Part shown: positions 18,591 to 31,182 of the stretch, one piece after another | Layout: every line of letters starts with the position of its first letter | Numbering within the stretch: the first letter of the stretch is position 1 | From: Macrostomum hystrix | Lineage: Eukaryota; Animalia; Platyhelminthes | Assembly (NCBI GenBank): GCA_950097015.1 | Contig: CATNEN010000031.1 | Span: forward strand, 868,001-932,000 | Direction of reading: 5' to 3' | Length of the DNA: 64,000 nucleotides | Notes under the pieces: generated by a model | What the model was told of the DNA's origin: nothing | The model's input: the letters and a program-made list of their open reading frames with translations, nothing else | The model's database searches: none | Position numbers and translations under genes: made by a program

Positions 18591-21500
18591 AGGCTGTGGG
18601 GTTTCGTGGGAGGCTGTGGGGTTTCGTGGGAGGCTGTGGGGTTTCGTGGGAGGCTGTGGGGTTTCGTGGGAGGCTGTGGGGTTTCGTGGGAGGCTGTGGG
18701 GTTTCGTGGGAGGCTGTGGGGTTTCATGGGAGGCTGTGGGGTTTCATGGGAGGCTGTGGGGTTTCATGGGAGGCTGTGGGGTTTCATGGGAGGCTGTGGG
18801 GTTTCATGGGAGTTTCATGGGGTTTCATGGGCTGTGGGGTTTCATGGGAGTTTCATGGGGTTTCATGGGCTGTGGGATTTCATGGACTGTGGGTTTTCAT
18901 GGGAGGCTGTGGGGTTTCGTGGGAGGCTGTGGGGTTTCGCGCGAGGCTGTGTGGTTTCATGGGAGGCTGTGGGGTTTCGTGGGAGGCTGTGGGGTTTCAT
19001 GGGAGGCTGTGGGGTTTCGCGCGAGGCTGTGGGGTTTCATGGGAGGCTGTGGGGTTTCGTGGGAGGCTGTGGGGTTTCGTGGGAGGCTGTGTGGTTTCAT
19101 GGGAGGCTGTATGGTTTCACGGGAGGCTGTGGGGTTTCGTGGGAGGCTGTGGGGTTTTGTGGGAGGCTGTGGGGTTTCGTGGGAGGCTGTGGGGTTTCGT
19201 GGGAGGCTGTGTGGTTTCATGGGAGGCTGTGGGGTTTCGTGGGAAGCTGTGGGGTTTTGTGGGAGGCTGTGGGGTTTCGCGCGAGGCTGTGGGGTTTCAT
19301 GGGAGGCTGTGGGGTTTCATGGGAGGCTGTGGGGTTTCGCGCGAGGCTGTGGGGTTTCATGGGAGGCTGTGGGGTTTCGTGGGAGGCTGTGGGGTTTCGT
19401 GGGAGGCTGTGTGGTTTCATGGAAGGCTGTGTGGTTTCACGGGAGGCTGTGGTGTTTCGTGGGAGGCTGTGGGGTTTTGTGGGAGGCTGTGGGGTTTCGT
19501 GGGAGGCTGTGGGGTTTCGTGGGAGGCTGTGTGGTTTCATGGGAGGCTGTGGGGTTTCGTGGGAGGCTGTGGGGTTTTGTGGGAGGCTGTGGGGTTTCGC
19601 GCGAGGCTGTGTGGTTTCATGGGAGGCTGTGGGGTTTCATGGGAGGCTGTGGGGTTTCGCGCGAGGCTGTGGGGTTTCATGGGAGGCTGTGGGGTTTCGT
19701 GGGAGGCTGTGGGGTTTCATGGGAGGCTGTGGGGTTTCATGGGAGTTTCATGGGGTTTCATGGGCTGTGGGGTTTCATGGGAGTTTCATGGGGTTTCATG
19801 GGCTGTGGGATTTCATGGGCTGTGGGTTTTCATGGGAGGCTGTGGGGTTTCGTGGGAGGCTGTGGGGTTTCGCGCGAGGCTGTGTGGTTTCATGGGAGGC
19901 TGTGGGGTTTCGTGGGAGGCTGTGGGGTTTCATGGGAGGCTTTGGGGTTTCGCGCGAGGCTGTGGGGTTTCATGGGAGGCTGTGGGGTTTCATGGGAGGC
20001 TGTGGGGTTTCGCGCGAGGCTGTGGGGTTTCATGGGAGGCTGTGGGGTTTCGTGGGAGGCTGTGGGGTTTCGTGGGAGGCTGTGTGGTTTCATGGGAGGC
20101 TGTGTGGTTTCATGGGAGGCTGTATGGTTTCACGGGAGGCTGTGGGGTTTCGTGGGAGGCTGTGGGGTTTTGTGGGAGGCTGTGGGGTTTCGTGGGAGGC
20201 TGTGGGGTTTCGTGGGAGGCTGTGTGGTTTCATGGGAGGCTGTGGGGTTTCGTGGGAGGCTGTGGGGTTTCGTGGGAGGCTGTGTGGTTTCATGGGAGGC
20301 TGTATGGTTTCACGGGAGGCTGTGGGGTTTCGTGGGAGGCTGTGGGGTTTTGTGGGAGGCTGTGGGGTTTCGTGGGAGGCTGTGGGGTTTCGTGGGAGGC
20401 TGTGTGGTTTCATGGGAGGCTGTGGGGTTTCGTGGGAAGCTGTGGGGTTTTGTGGGAGGCTGTGGGGTTTCGCGCGAGGCTGTGTGGTTTCATGGGAGGC
20501 TGTGGGGTTTCGTGGGAGGCTGTGGGGTTTCATGGGAGGCTTTGGGGTTTCGCGCGAGGCTGTGGGGTTTCATGGGAGGCTGTGGGGTTTCATGGGAGGC
20601 TGTGGGGTTTCGCGCGAGGCTGTGGGGTTTCATGGGAGGCTGTGGGGTTTCGTGGGAGGCTGTGGGGTTTCGTGGGAGGCTGTGTGGTTTCATGGAAGGC
20701 TGTGTGGTTTCACGGGAGGCTGTGGTGTTTCGTGGGAGGCTGTGGGGTTTTGTGGGAGGCTGTGGGGTTTCGTGGGAGGCTGTGGGGTTTCGTGGGAGGC
20801 TGTGTGGTTTCATGGGAGGCTGTGGGGTTTCGTGGGAGGCTGTGGGGTTTTGTGGGAGGCTGTGGGGTTTCGCGCGAGGCTGTGTGGTTTCATGGGAGGC
20901 TGTGGGGTTTCATGGGAGGCTGTGGGGTTTCGCGCGAGGCTGTGGGGTTTCATGGGAGGCTGTGGGGTTTCGTGGGAGGCTGTGGGGTTTCATGGGAGGC
21001 TGTGGGGTTTCATGGGAGTTTCATGGGGTTTCATGGGCTGTGGGGTTTCATGGGAGTTTCATGGGGTTTCATGGGCTGTGGGATTTCATGGGCTGTGGGT
21101 TTTCATGGGAGGCTGTGGGGTTTCGTGGGAGGCTGTGGGGTTTCGCGCGAGGCTGTGTGGTTTCATGGGAGGCTGTGGGGTTTCGTGGGAGGCTGTGGGG
21201 TTTCATGGGAGGCTTTGGGGTTTCGCGCGAGGCTGTGGGGTTTCATGGGAGGCTGTGGGGTTTCATGGGAGGCTGTGGGGTTTCGCGCGAGGCTGTGGGG
21301 TTTCATGGGAGGCTGTGGGGTTTCGTGGGAGGCTGTGGGGTTTCGTGGGAGGCTGTGTGGTTTCATGGGAGGCTGTGTGGTTTCACGGGAGGCTGTGGGG
21401 TTTCACGGGAGGCTGTTGGGTTTTCGTGGGAGGCTGTGGGGTTTTGTGGGAGGCTGTGTGGTTTCATGGGAGGCTGTGTGGTTTCACGGGAGGCTGTGTG

Positions 21501-21600
21501 GGGTTTCGCGCGAGGCTGTGGGGTTTCATGGGAGGCTGTGGGGTTTCGCGCGAGGCTGTGGGGTTTCATGGGAGGCTGTGGGGTTTCGCGGGAGTTTCAC
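18591..21600. repeat. 20-bp G-rich satellite (GGGAGGCTGTGGGGTTTC[G/A]T), about 150 copies, with higher-order blocks
   Basis: Read directly. The unit has no stop codon in any + frame, which explains the three ~1000-aa ORFs. Confidence 0.97.
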
Positions 21601-24600
21601 AGGAAGCTGCGGCGTCTCTGCGGAGCGGCTTCGATGTCTCATGAGTGTGAGTGTGATGTTTCAGCAGGAAATTAGATACTTAGTAGGCGGTCCTGGCTGA
21701 CTTTTGCTCGAGCCTGTGATGGTATTTTTCGTTAATCCTACACCCGCCAGTACCGTATTACACTTCACTCCTGGGTGTAGGAACGTATTTAGCTATGCCA
21801 GTGTACAGAAATGTACATACAGTACGAAAGCTTGTCTATTTATTACAAAAAGCTGAATGAACAGGCTCGTATTGACCCTGGCTCTATCATTGAGAGCAAT
21901 GAGTGGCGCCCCATCTGTCTGTATTGGAATATTTAATTTTAATAGCGACCGGAAAATCTAAACAGTGTTTGTCGAGTACTGCGCCGCTATAGCATATAGT
22001 GTGTGCTTGGGCGCGCGCCGACGCCGCTTACCAACAAATGCAGTGCAATCGAGGAAAGGAAGCAAAAGTACGCCTGACAGAGCGACAGACAGGCTGAGAG
22101 AGGCACAGGGACAGAGCGGGAGTCACTTACCTATGCGGCCAAGCGGCCGTATGCAATTGTACATAACTCCAACTGGTCCAACTGCTTTTATGGCTCGTGT
22201 TCTGGGCCACGTGTAGGGAAAAAGTCAGTTGGCAAGGGGACGCATTATTCCACAATGCTCCGTTCAATAAGCCTTCACGTCACGACAGTATTTTAGAAAG
22301 ACGGTGCGACACACGCTGCACGTGTCAGCAGCAGAAGCAGCAGCTAAAGAATTACAGATAGATAGCACTTGCAAGTTGAAATGTGTTTAGAAAAAAAGTA
22401 CTGCGCCAAAGCACCATGTACATGCGCTGTTCGCTTGAATTCAATTACCGAATTTTAACTTTGAATGCCTAAGTCTTACTTTACTGCTGGCGCTTCTCAA
22501 AAACGTTCCCCTATTTTAGCCAAGAGTTTAATACAAGGACAAGATAAGAAAAAATTTAGGTTGAAACTGAGTATTGAACTGCAATTAGTGAGGCCTGTCA
22601 TATTAGTTCGTTAGCATTAGGTTGGCTAACACTTCGCCAATACATATTTAATGTGTTGCATGCTGTGCCAGACTTCGCTCAAAGCACAATGTCCCAATTA
22701 ACAGAGACTTTCCAGAGTTTTAACTTTCTTTTGAGTCAATCTTCGAGCTAGCTTGCTGTAGGCGCACTCCTATGATACCTCGCGTAAATGATTGCATTGC
22801 TCATTTCATTATGGGTTAACTCATGCCCACAGAGAAAGACGGGCAGATAGACAGGTGTATGTGAGTTGGACGCTGTGTGTCAGGTACTTTGTAAATTGCT
22901 AGCACAACACCCCGCAGTGTACCTGCCCCAGTGTAATTCAAGGACTGTTGTTTGCTATAGACTGCACGGTACTGTCATGCTGTACGCAAGCATATTTTGG
23001 ATCAAGTCGGCATTCCCGATTCCTGCACGCCTGCTTCAGCAAGTGGTCCAGTGTATAGAGCCACACAGACAGGCGGGAGACTGGTTTGAGCAGTGCTGCT
23101 CCTGCTGGCAATGGGGTTGGCGCAGGCCGGGCCGAGAGGAACAGACAGAAATAGTCCTGATAGCGCAGGACTCATCTCGGTCGAGCCGATGTGGCGAAAA
23201 AGAAATCGGTGGATTGGCTGGCTCTGAGCACGGGAAAGGAGAAGACGGCGGAAGAGAGCGAGTCAGAGATTCTATCTGACAAGTCTTTCATGTTTTTTTC
23301 GTTCTCAGCTTGAATAATAAATCGTCTCAGAAATCTTCCGACAGACGGGACGCGATAAACTCGGCGCGACAGACGGGAGGCGGCCTCTAAAAGTGAGGCG
23401 CATGACACTTTGAGTACGCTGTACATAATCGAGCATCAAATGCACTGATGTTGCTTGAGGCATGAGGCTTTAGGCATGGCTCAAAAGTGCAACGAATGGC
23501 ATCAGAGGGGAGACTGGGGGCAGGCGGAGCACAGGATATGCTGATGAAGAGAAAACGGGAGTGGCGCACAGTGGGGGGTGGAGTGTGAGAGACAGCGAGG
23601 GGAGACGCCGGGGGAGGCTGCGGCTAGCAGAAGAGATGTCGCTATATGCACCTATAGGGAAGCTTTCTGTTGCACACAATCTATGCAGCAATCTCATCTT
23701 TGGGCTACAGTTCCCTAGGAATTCAGCTGTACATAACTGCAGGGGATGGGGCTTCGGTGTACGATGCGAGAGTGGTTAAGAGTTAGATTAGGCTGGACTG
23801 CTGCAAACCCTAGATTGACCATGCGTGCCATCAAGGAGTGGGATTTTACAAATTATCCAGTGCTGCATCACCTTTCTGTGAAGTCATGGCCGCATCGTTT
23901 CAATATCCTTCAGTCTTCCAACCAGCCGCCTAATTGCAGGTTCATTCTATAATTATGTCAGCTTCAACTAAATACATTAGCGAGTGACGGATAGGAACTG
24001 AAGGATTAAGAACCCATTCACTATGTGAACCATTTTCACTGCACTCTTTTAAAAATTTTCTGTTTATAACATGAATGGTTTTAGAATAGAACAATGCCTT
24101 CTACGCAATTTAAGAGTTCTGTTCTGAAATTTAATCCTCAGAACAAATAAGAAAGAAGCGAAGGGATTAACAAGCGAGTGAAAAGACACTAAATGCTAAA
24201 AATCAATACAATTTAAAGTGGGTACAAAAGTATCCATGATCAAGATTGTTTTAAAATACCTATCTGTTAACAGAGTCCTATACTGCAGCACACAATAACC
24301 CAACGTTTGAGGTTTGCTTAAAATATTTGGTTTTGACTATTTTGCATGAAATCTATACCTGGAAGCTTAGCTTCACAGGGTATTTATTCAGATCTCTAAA
24401 GGTGACCAGGAACTTGCAGGTTGCCAAGCTCATATTTTCGGTTTTTCTGTTACTACGTCACTGACTGGGTGCTTGACATTGTGGAAAAAACGTCTCAATT
24501 TCAGATGTTTTTATGCATATTATCCACGCTGCGATGGTTCCCAGTTTTTGCATTCACAATCCGGAGCTATTTGACTGAAAAGCAACTCATGTACCAGAGA

Positions 24601-24637
24601 CTACAAAGTGGGCACAATTTGAAGTCAGGAACTGAAA

Positions 24638-25110
24638 TCCATGCTAAGCGTGTAGGAGTTGCAGTCGATGCTAGTCCATGTAGGAGTTGCAGTCGATGCT
24701 AGTCCATGTAGGAGTTGCAGTCGATGCTACTCCATGCTCAGCGTGTAGGAGTTGCAGTCAATGCTAGTCCATGCTAAGCGTGTAGGAGTTGCAGTCGATG
24801 CTAGTCCATGTAGGAGTTGCAGTCGATGCTACTCTATGCTCAGCGTGTAGGAGTTGCAGTCGATGCTAGTCCATGTAGGAGTTGCAGTCGATGCTAGTCC
24901 ATGTAGGAGTTGCAGTCGATGCTACTCCATGCTCAGCGTGTAGGAGTTGCAGTCGATGCTAGTCCATGCTCAGCGTGTAGGAGTTGCAGTCGATGCTAGT
25001 CCATGCTCAGCGTGTAGGAGTTGCAGTCGATGCTAGTCCATGCTCAGCGTGTAGGAGTTGCAGTCGATGCTAGTCCATGCTCAGCGTGTAGGAGTTGCAG
25101 TCGATGCTAG
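24638..25110. repeat. 28/37-bp minisatellite (TGTAGGAGTTGCAGTCGATGCTAGTCCA plus optional TGCTCAGCG), about 14 copies
   Basis: Read directly. Confidence 0.93.
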
Positions 25111-28100
25111 CTCCAATTCGCAGTACTAACAACGCCCCTGCATGCAACAGGGGACAGAGAATTACATGAAGGGAACACGAGAAAGCCAGAGAGCACACTT
25201 GAGTCTATGCGCCTATAGGTAGTATAATGCTGACTGACTGAGCATACTTACGCACTGGTGGAGTGGGGTGGAAGCAGATAGTCATGGTCCAGCCTTGACT
25301 TGTACACAATTCACACTGCGGCTTGAACCGCCAACTTGACGACACTCGTGGCAAGGCCAGACAGTCTGCAATTTTCTCTTGCGCTTTACAGGAAAAGCCA
25401 AGTCCTTCTTAATCCTGCGATTCCGCGGCCTTTGCACTTTAAACTTTGATACACGTGAAAAACAGGAGATATCAAAATAAAAAGAAACTTATAGGGAAAG
25501 AAGATAGGCCACTGCTGCTGTGTAAGCAAAACACAAAACTTATCGGTCGAATTCACATTAGTATAGGGCAACAACCATGCAACCATGAGCGATTTTGTGT
25601 GAAATAAAATATTTTATAAGGAATCGAATTTTTGTTATAAATTAAATGAAAGCTTTCTGTTATTTGTAAATTTGCTACACTGCAATCTTGGAAACTTTCA
25701 TAATCAACACTTATTCGTATTAGAACTCCGTGACCTTGACCTTACGACAAAAAGCAATAATAGGATATTTACTATGTGAGGATTGCAAGGCCACGCATTG
25801 GTCAAGAGGAATAATTTTCGGTTGACATTGAACTCATGTCTCCCAACCAGAATTGGTGGCATGACGCCAACCGGAGCAAAGGGTCATACTGAGCATATAG
25901 TCTCAACAATTACAGGAGGTAAAAAATTGCTAATGACACAAATATAATTGACTTGTTTTCCCCCAATATGGAATGCAACATTAGTTTCGCGTTTCAGTTA
26001 CAAAGCCAAGCATAGCTCATCAATACCTGAAGGACGGAGGCTTGTTAATTCAACGTGCAGGTGGGCTGGCAGGGGGTACAGTCAGGGGAAAGTGGCATAT
26101 AGACCCGGCCCATAATCAACGTGCTCACAATTTTCTAAGAACTGGTTTTGGCTTATTTTTTCCATTTAGCCTGTTTTGTCCGGCGCGCCCGTTCACGTGT
26201 TTTTTCCATTTCCACCATGACCATGGCTTGACTCTCGCGGGGCCGTTTAAGTGAAATGGGGCAGCGAACGTCTGCGCGGAATCAGTGGAGGCTGCTCTCT
26301 CCTATCCCTGCACTTGCCTGCCTGAGCGGAGCGGCGGGGGCGGGTGTCGGAAATGTACATTAGTCACACTAGACACACACGCTTTCTCCGCCCCCCGATG
26401 TACATTGAGAACTTAAGTCCTTGGGCCAAGATCTAGGCCTGTTGAGGAAGGAGTGAATTGAGTGGGTGAACGGGCCTGTTAGTAGCCATAGCAATGTATT
26501 AAGGCATCAGCCATCAGCTGATTTTGCAACGTGGTGGCTCAATTGATCTTACAATGCGAACAGACTAACATGCAAAGCCCCTCCCTTGTTGCAACGTGGG
26601 TGGAGGTTGGGGAGGTTGCAGCGTGCACGCTTTGAACAGCTGATTGCCGTCTGGCTCAGTTTCTATTGGCTGGGCGTAGAACACAGTTTTAGCTTTATAG
26701 AGAAGGGGTTTGAGGCGCAAGGGCCGTGTTTGCGCAGTGCATGTGCAACTGGAATACGCGGCTGTAGTGCCAGATAGAAAGGCCCGCGGAGCTGAGGAGG
26801 GGCAGTCTGGCGGAGCTGGGGCGGGTGTCACTCCACTAGAAATATTTAGGGGCCCACTCCGCTTCTTAAGACCTGCTCCGGTCTAGCTAAAAAACGTTCC
26901 TTTACTTTTAAATCGAAGGTTAACACTAGATAGTTTCCTCCTAAAGCTAAACAGCTAAACCCAAGCTTCAAAAAACTGTTCTAGATAGTTCCATTGCGTC
27001 CTAGTTTTCAGGCCCACTTCCACTTCCGCACCCCCACTCTCCCCCCTGTGCAGTCCGAGCAGAGCGGCCCGAATCCTTGCCTTACTTGTCTTTCCTCTGT
27101 ACCCCCCTCTAGCAGACTGTCGCAGCAATGCGCCAAGGTGCGTGTGAAAACAAATTTATTAAATAAGACTGCCAGCTGTGTGAACTGTTCAGCATAAGCG
27201 AAGGTAAGCCGCTTACCTGTGTCGTACCTTAAATGGTCGAATAGACCGTTTAGACACTCCATTAGTACTATAATAGAAAAGCTACTGCACATTGCTGGCG
27301 TTCTCTTCTGCTCTATTCCCGGATAGACTGAGATTAAAAAGCCGATACGGGCTCTTTGTCTGGCATCTCGATGCGTATCGTGCTGCCTGATCAAGAGCTG
27401 TACCGCAACGCCTTAATCGACGCACTTTTATTGATAGCTTCTTATTGCACAAGAGAGACCCCGTGTTAGTTTCTTTCGAGTTCGATCTGTCGAGTAGCCC
27501 TGCCATCGACAACTAAGCAGCTGTGCTTGAGCACCCGAGCTGGGCTTTGATTGGCTGGCCAACTTAAAAGCCTTCATATTAGTAGCTGAGCTGCCGGTGT
27601 AAGGGCTACTTAACGTCGAATGAACGTCGAATATTTTAATTGACACCAATCCCAATTACTGACTTGTGACTTAAAATAAGGTGCCTTAACTGGGCTCGCC
27701 TTCTAGTTAAAGACCCTAGACATCGGCAATTTTAAAGCGATCTCGTTTACTAAAAGCTGCCGGTAACTAGGGTCTGAACTGGCCCACATACGTCGCAGCA
27801 ATGCCCCTCCCTGCCCATTTGATTTTAACTTATTACTATTGTAATGCTTTATGAATAAATAAATACACATTGTTTATGCACTTATCAAGCCTGGCGTTTT
27901 AACTTTCTATAAATTTCACGAAAGGTATATTAATAAACAAACGACAGCCATTATATGTAATCATTGTTTGATTGAAAAGCGATTAAAGCAGAATATTAAT
28001 AACAGTAGTATATATCGCAGTATATATAGACTAAATATATATAGTCAATATCTATATAGTTCAAATAATTAACTTATATTAGTGTGGCTGTAAGCGGACT

Positions 28101-28364
28101 AGGACACTTGTCAAACTGTCACTAAAAAATCAAATTTTACGGCGACTAATTAATAGGTAGCAAAATAGCACGTCGATGCGAATAGAGTAATAGCTCACTT
28201 TGCAACCCAATACATCATTATTATATAATAATCAACGCAGCAACTTCAAAGCCATGAATCCGATTGCCTCATCGGCACGGAATGCTCAAGACGGTTAGGA
28301 CCTTTAACTTCAACGATGTAAGTGCGAGACAGAACATAATGTATTATGCCCATAATATAATGTA

Positions 28365-28530
28365 GACTAAGGAAGAATGTGACTGGACAGTGGGTGACGG
28401 ACTATGGAAGAATGTGACGGGACAGTGGGTGACGGACTATGGAAGAATGGGACGGGACAGTGGGTGACGGACTATGGAAGAATGTGATGGGACAGTGGAA
28501 GAATGTGACGGGACAGTGGAAGAATGTGAC
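28365..28530. repeat. 35-bp short array (GACTATGGAAGAATGTGACGGGACAGTGGGTGACG), about 3 copies plus partials
   Basis: Read directly. Confidence 0.85.
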
Positions 28531-29039
28531 AGAAGGACCGAACAGAAACTGCTTAAGGTATTGCAAGACTATTGTTAGCTAAACATAACTTTTTAGGTAG
28601 TTAGTACATGGCCTAGGCAACTAACATAAGCAAATAGAGTATTGCCAGCCAATAAAGGATCACAATTGAGTTCAGTTTTACAACTACTAAGCAGAATTTT
28701 AAAACCGCTTTTATCGAATGAGCATCACGGATTCGTTAGTGCATTATTGCAAACTGTAAAAAATGAAAAGCCAAGTTTTACTTGTTGTACATAGAAGCAA
28801 TCTTCATTGTAAGAATGTAGATCAAATAAAGAAAAGTCACACTGCACAGACAACACAGAGTTATTGCGGCTAAAACAAACAAATAAATGTAATATAGTTG
28901 GTTACTTGTGTACATAATAACAACAACATAACGTTCTCGTCTGATTCCAAATGAAGGATCCCGTTGTTGTACTATACATTTAAGAGAGCCACAGAAGGGC
29001 TGAGGAAACTAACATTCGCTGAAGGACTGGGGAGACTGG

Positions 29040-29938
29040 AGGATCGGGGGAGAGGATCAGTGGAGAGGATCAGTGAAGGATCAGGGGAGAGGATCAGTGA
29101 AGGATTAGTGAATGATCAGGGGAGAGGATCAGGGGAGAGGATCAGTGAAGGATCAGTGGAGAGGATCAGTGAAGGATTAGTGAATGATCAGGGGAGAGGA
29201 TCAGGGGAGAGGATCAGTGGAGAGGATCAGTGGAGAGGATCAGTGAAGGATCAGTGAAGGATCAGTGAAGAATCAGGGGAGAGGATCAGTGAAGGATTAG
29301 TGAAGGATCAGGGGAGAGGATCAGTGAAGGATTAGTGAAGGATCAGGGGAGAGGATCAGTGAAGGATTAGTGAAGGATCAGTGAAGGATCAGTGGAGAGG
29401 ATCAGTGAAGGATTAGTGAATGATCAGGGGAGAGGATCAGGGGAGAGGATCAGTGGAGAGGATCAGTGGAGAGGATCAGTGAAGGATCAGTGAAGGATCA
29501 GTGAAGAATCAGGGGAGAGGATCAGTGAAGGATTAGTGAAGGATCAGGGGAGAGGATCAGTGAAGGATTAGTGAAGGATCAGGGGAGAGGATCAGTGAAG
29601 GATTAGTGAAGGATCAGTGAAGGATCAGGGGAGGGGATCAGTGAAGGATCAGGGGAGAGGGTCAGTGAAGGATCAGGGGAGGGGATCAGTGAAGGATAAG
29701 GGGAGAGGATCAGTGAAGGATCAGGGGAGAGGATCAGTGAAGGATCAGGGGAGAGGATCAGTGAAGGATCAGTGGAGGGGGTCAGTGAAGGATCAGGGGA
29801 GAGGATCAGTGAAGGATTAGTGAAGGATCAGGGGAGAGGATCAGTGAAGGATCAGAGGAGAGGATCAGTGAAGGATCAGGGGAGAGGATCAGTGAAGGAT
29901 TAGCAAATGATCAGGGGAGAGGATCAGTGAAGGATCAG
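29040..29938. repeat. Mosaic purine-rich array of GGATCAGTGAA / GGATCAGGGGAGA / GGATTAGTGAA modules
   Basis: Read directly; 11-13-bp modules with internal block duplications. Confidence 0.92.
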
Positions 29939-31182
29939 GAGGTGGAGTCGAACATTGGAACTGACAAGCCCTTTAGTAAAGCCTCCTTTAGCGTGCCGTT
30001 TTAGCAAAACTGGAACGAACAATTAAAAGAAACAGCAATAGCAACGCAAAGACTAGATTCGAACGGGCTGCTACTGAGCTGGTGAGCACGCGCACAAGCA
30101 GCGGTATTCTCACGGGTAGGCATTGCGGGACTGAGTATTGCACAGCTCTTAAAGACTGCGCTCTATTGAGAAAACGCGACTCGGAAAATGGAAACAACAA
30201 ATACGAAACTGAATAGAAATTAAATAACTAAATCATTTATACTGAATCCGAAGCGGCAAATGCAATTAAAAAAAGCAAATCAGTTATAAAACAATTTATA
30301 TAGCAGGCAATATTAGTTTAAATAGCAATGACAAGACACAAAACCTGATGAATTAGTAGGAGAAACGCACAGTACGATTTTAACTGATTTTCAAAACTTT
30401 AGTTCCATAAAAATGGAATAGCTAATCAAATACTTTTTTGTTGAAGCTTACTTGTCTGACTGTTTTAGCTAGGACAAGCGGAATGGCCTTCACGCTGGCT
30501 TGCGGGTCAAAACAAAGTTTCTATTTCTATCAAAGTGACGCGTTAATTGATTGCTGCAATGCGCGAAAAAGCTTGTATATTGGCGGCGAAACTTGATAGC
30601 ATCGGCAACAACAATAATAAACAAAGAACATACTATAAAGTGAGGAACTACAAAAAATGAAATATTATTAACTGGTTGTAAAACGGACAGATGAAAATTA
30701 GAAACAAAACATTTTCAACTGCACGAGAACTACTAAAATTGTTTTGAAATATAATATAGTAAATTGAAGGAAAACAACAACTTATTAGTCTAAAAATAAA
30801 TAAACAAACATCCCACACACACACTGACCAGAACCTAAACGCAGTGGAAATGGAAACAAGCTATAACACAGGAAGATTGCATATATATATATATATAAAC
30901 CGATGCATTTCTTGGGGTAATAAAGCATAAGTGCATAACAGTCAAACTAAGAAACAACTGTTTTCTCTACTAATTATAGATAGAACTCTAAAGACACTGT
31001 GACTATGACTGTTCATTAAAGATTAACATCCAGTCTGCCTCAGGGATTATTGCAGCAGCATTGTTGACAGATTCTGTTGAGGTAATGTATTAGTATAAAC
31101 GTAGAAAATTTAAATAGAGATCACATATATATTATAAAAACAGCTTAGCAGCAACTCAAAGCACACAGATCTGAGATCTTCA

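Noticed and set aside
18456-21700. Three overlapping ~1000-aa ORFs
   Set aside because: The 20-bp unit lacks stops in all three + frames; a repeat artefact.
22866-23779. Cluster of short ORFs on both strands
   Set aside because: No motifs and no consistent exon chain.
24638-25110. CRISPR-like appearance of the regular 28-37-bp repeats (also the 45-bp array)
   Set aside because: No unique spacers, no cas genes, eukaryotic context.
28365-28530. 13-bp GGAAGAATGTGAC shared with the ADAP1 intron-2 array 29 kb away
   Set aside because: The rest of the units are unrelated; a single match of this length among many arrays is not persuasive.
29988-30200. 70-aa minus ORF with a hydrophobic C-terminal stretch (LVFALLLLFLLIV)
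   Set aside because: TTG start, no partner exons or family motif; hydrophobic runs arise easily from T-rich DNA.
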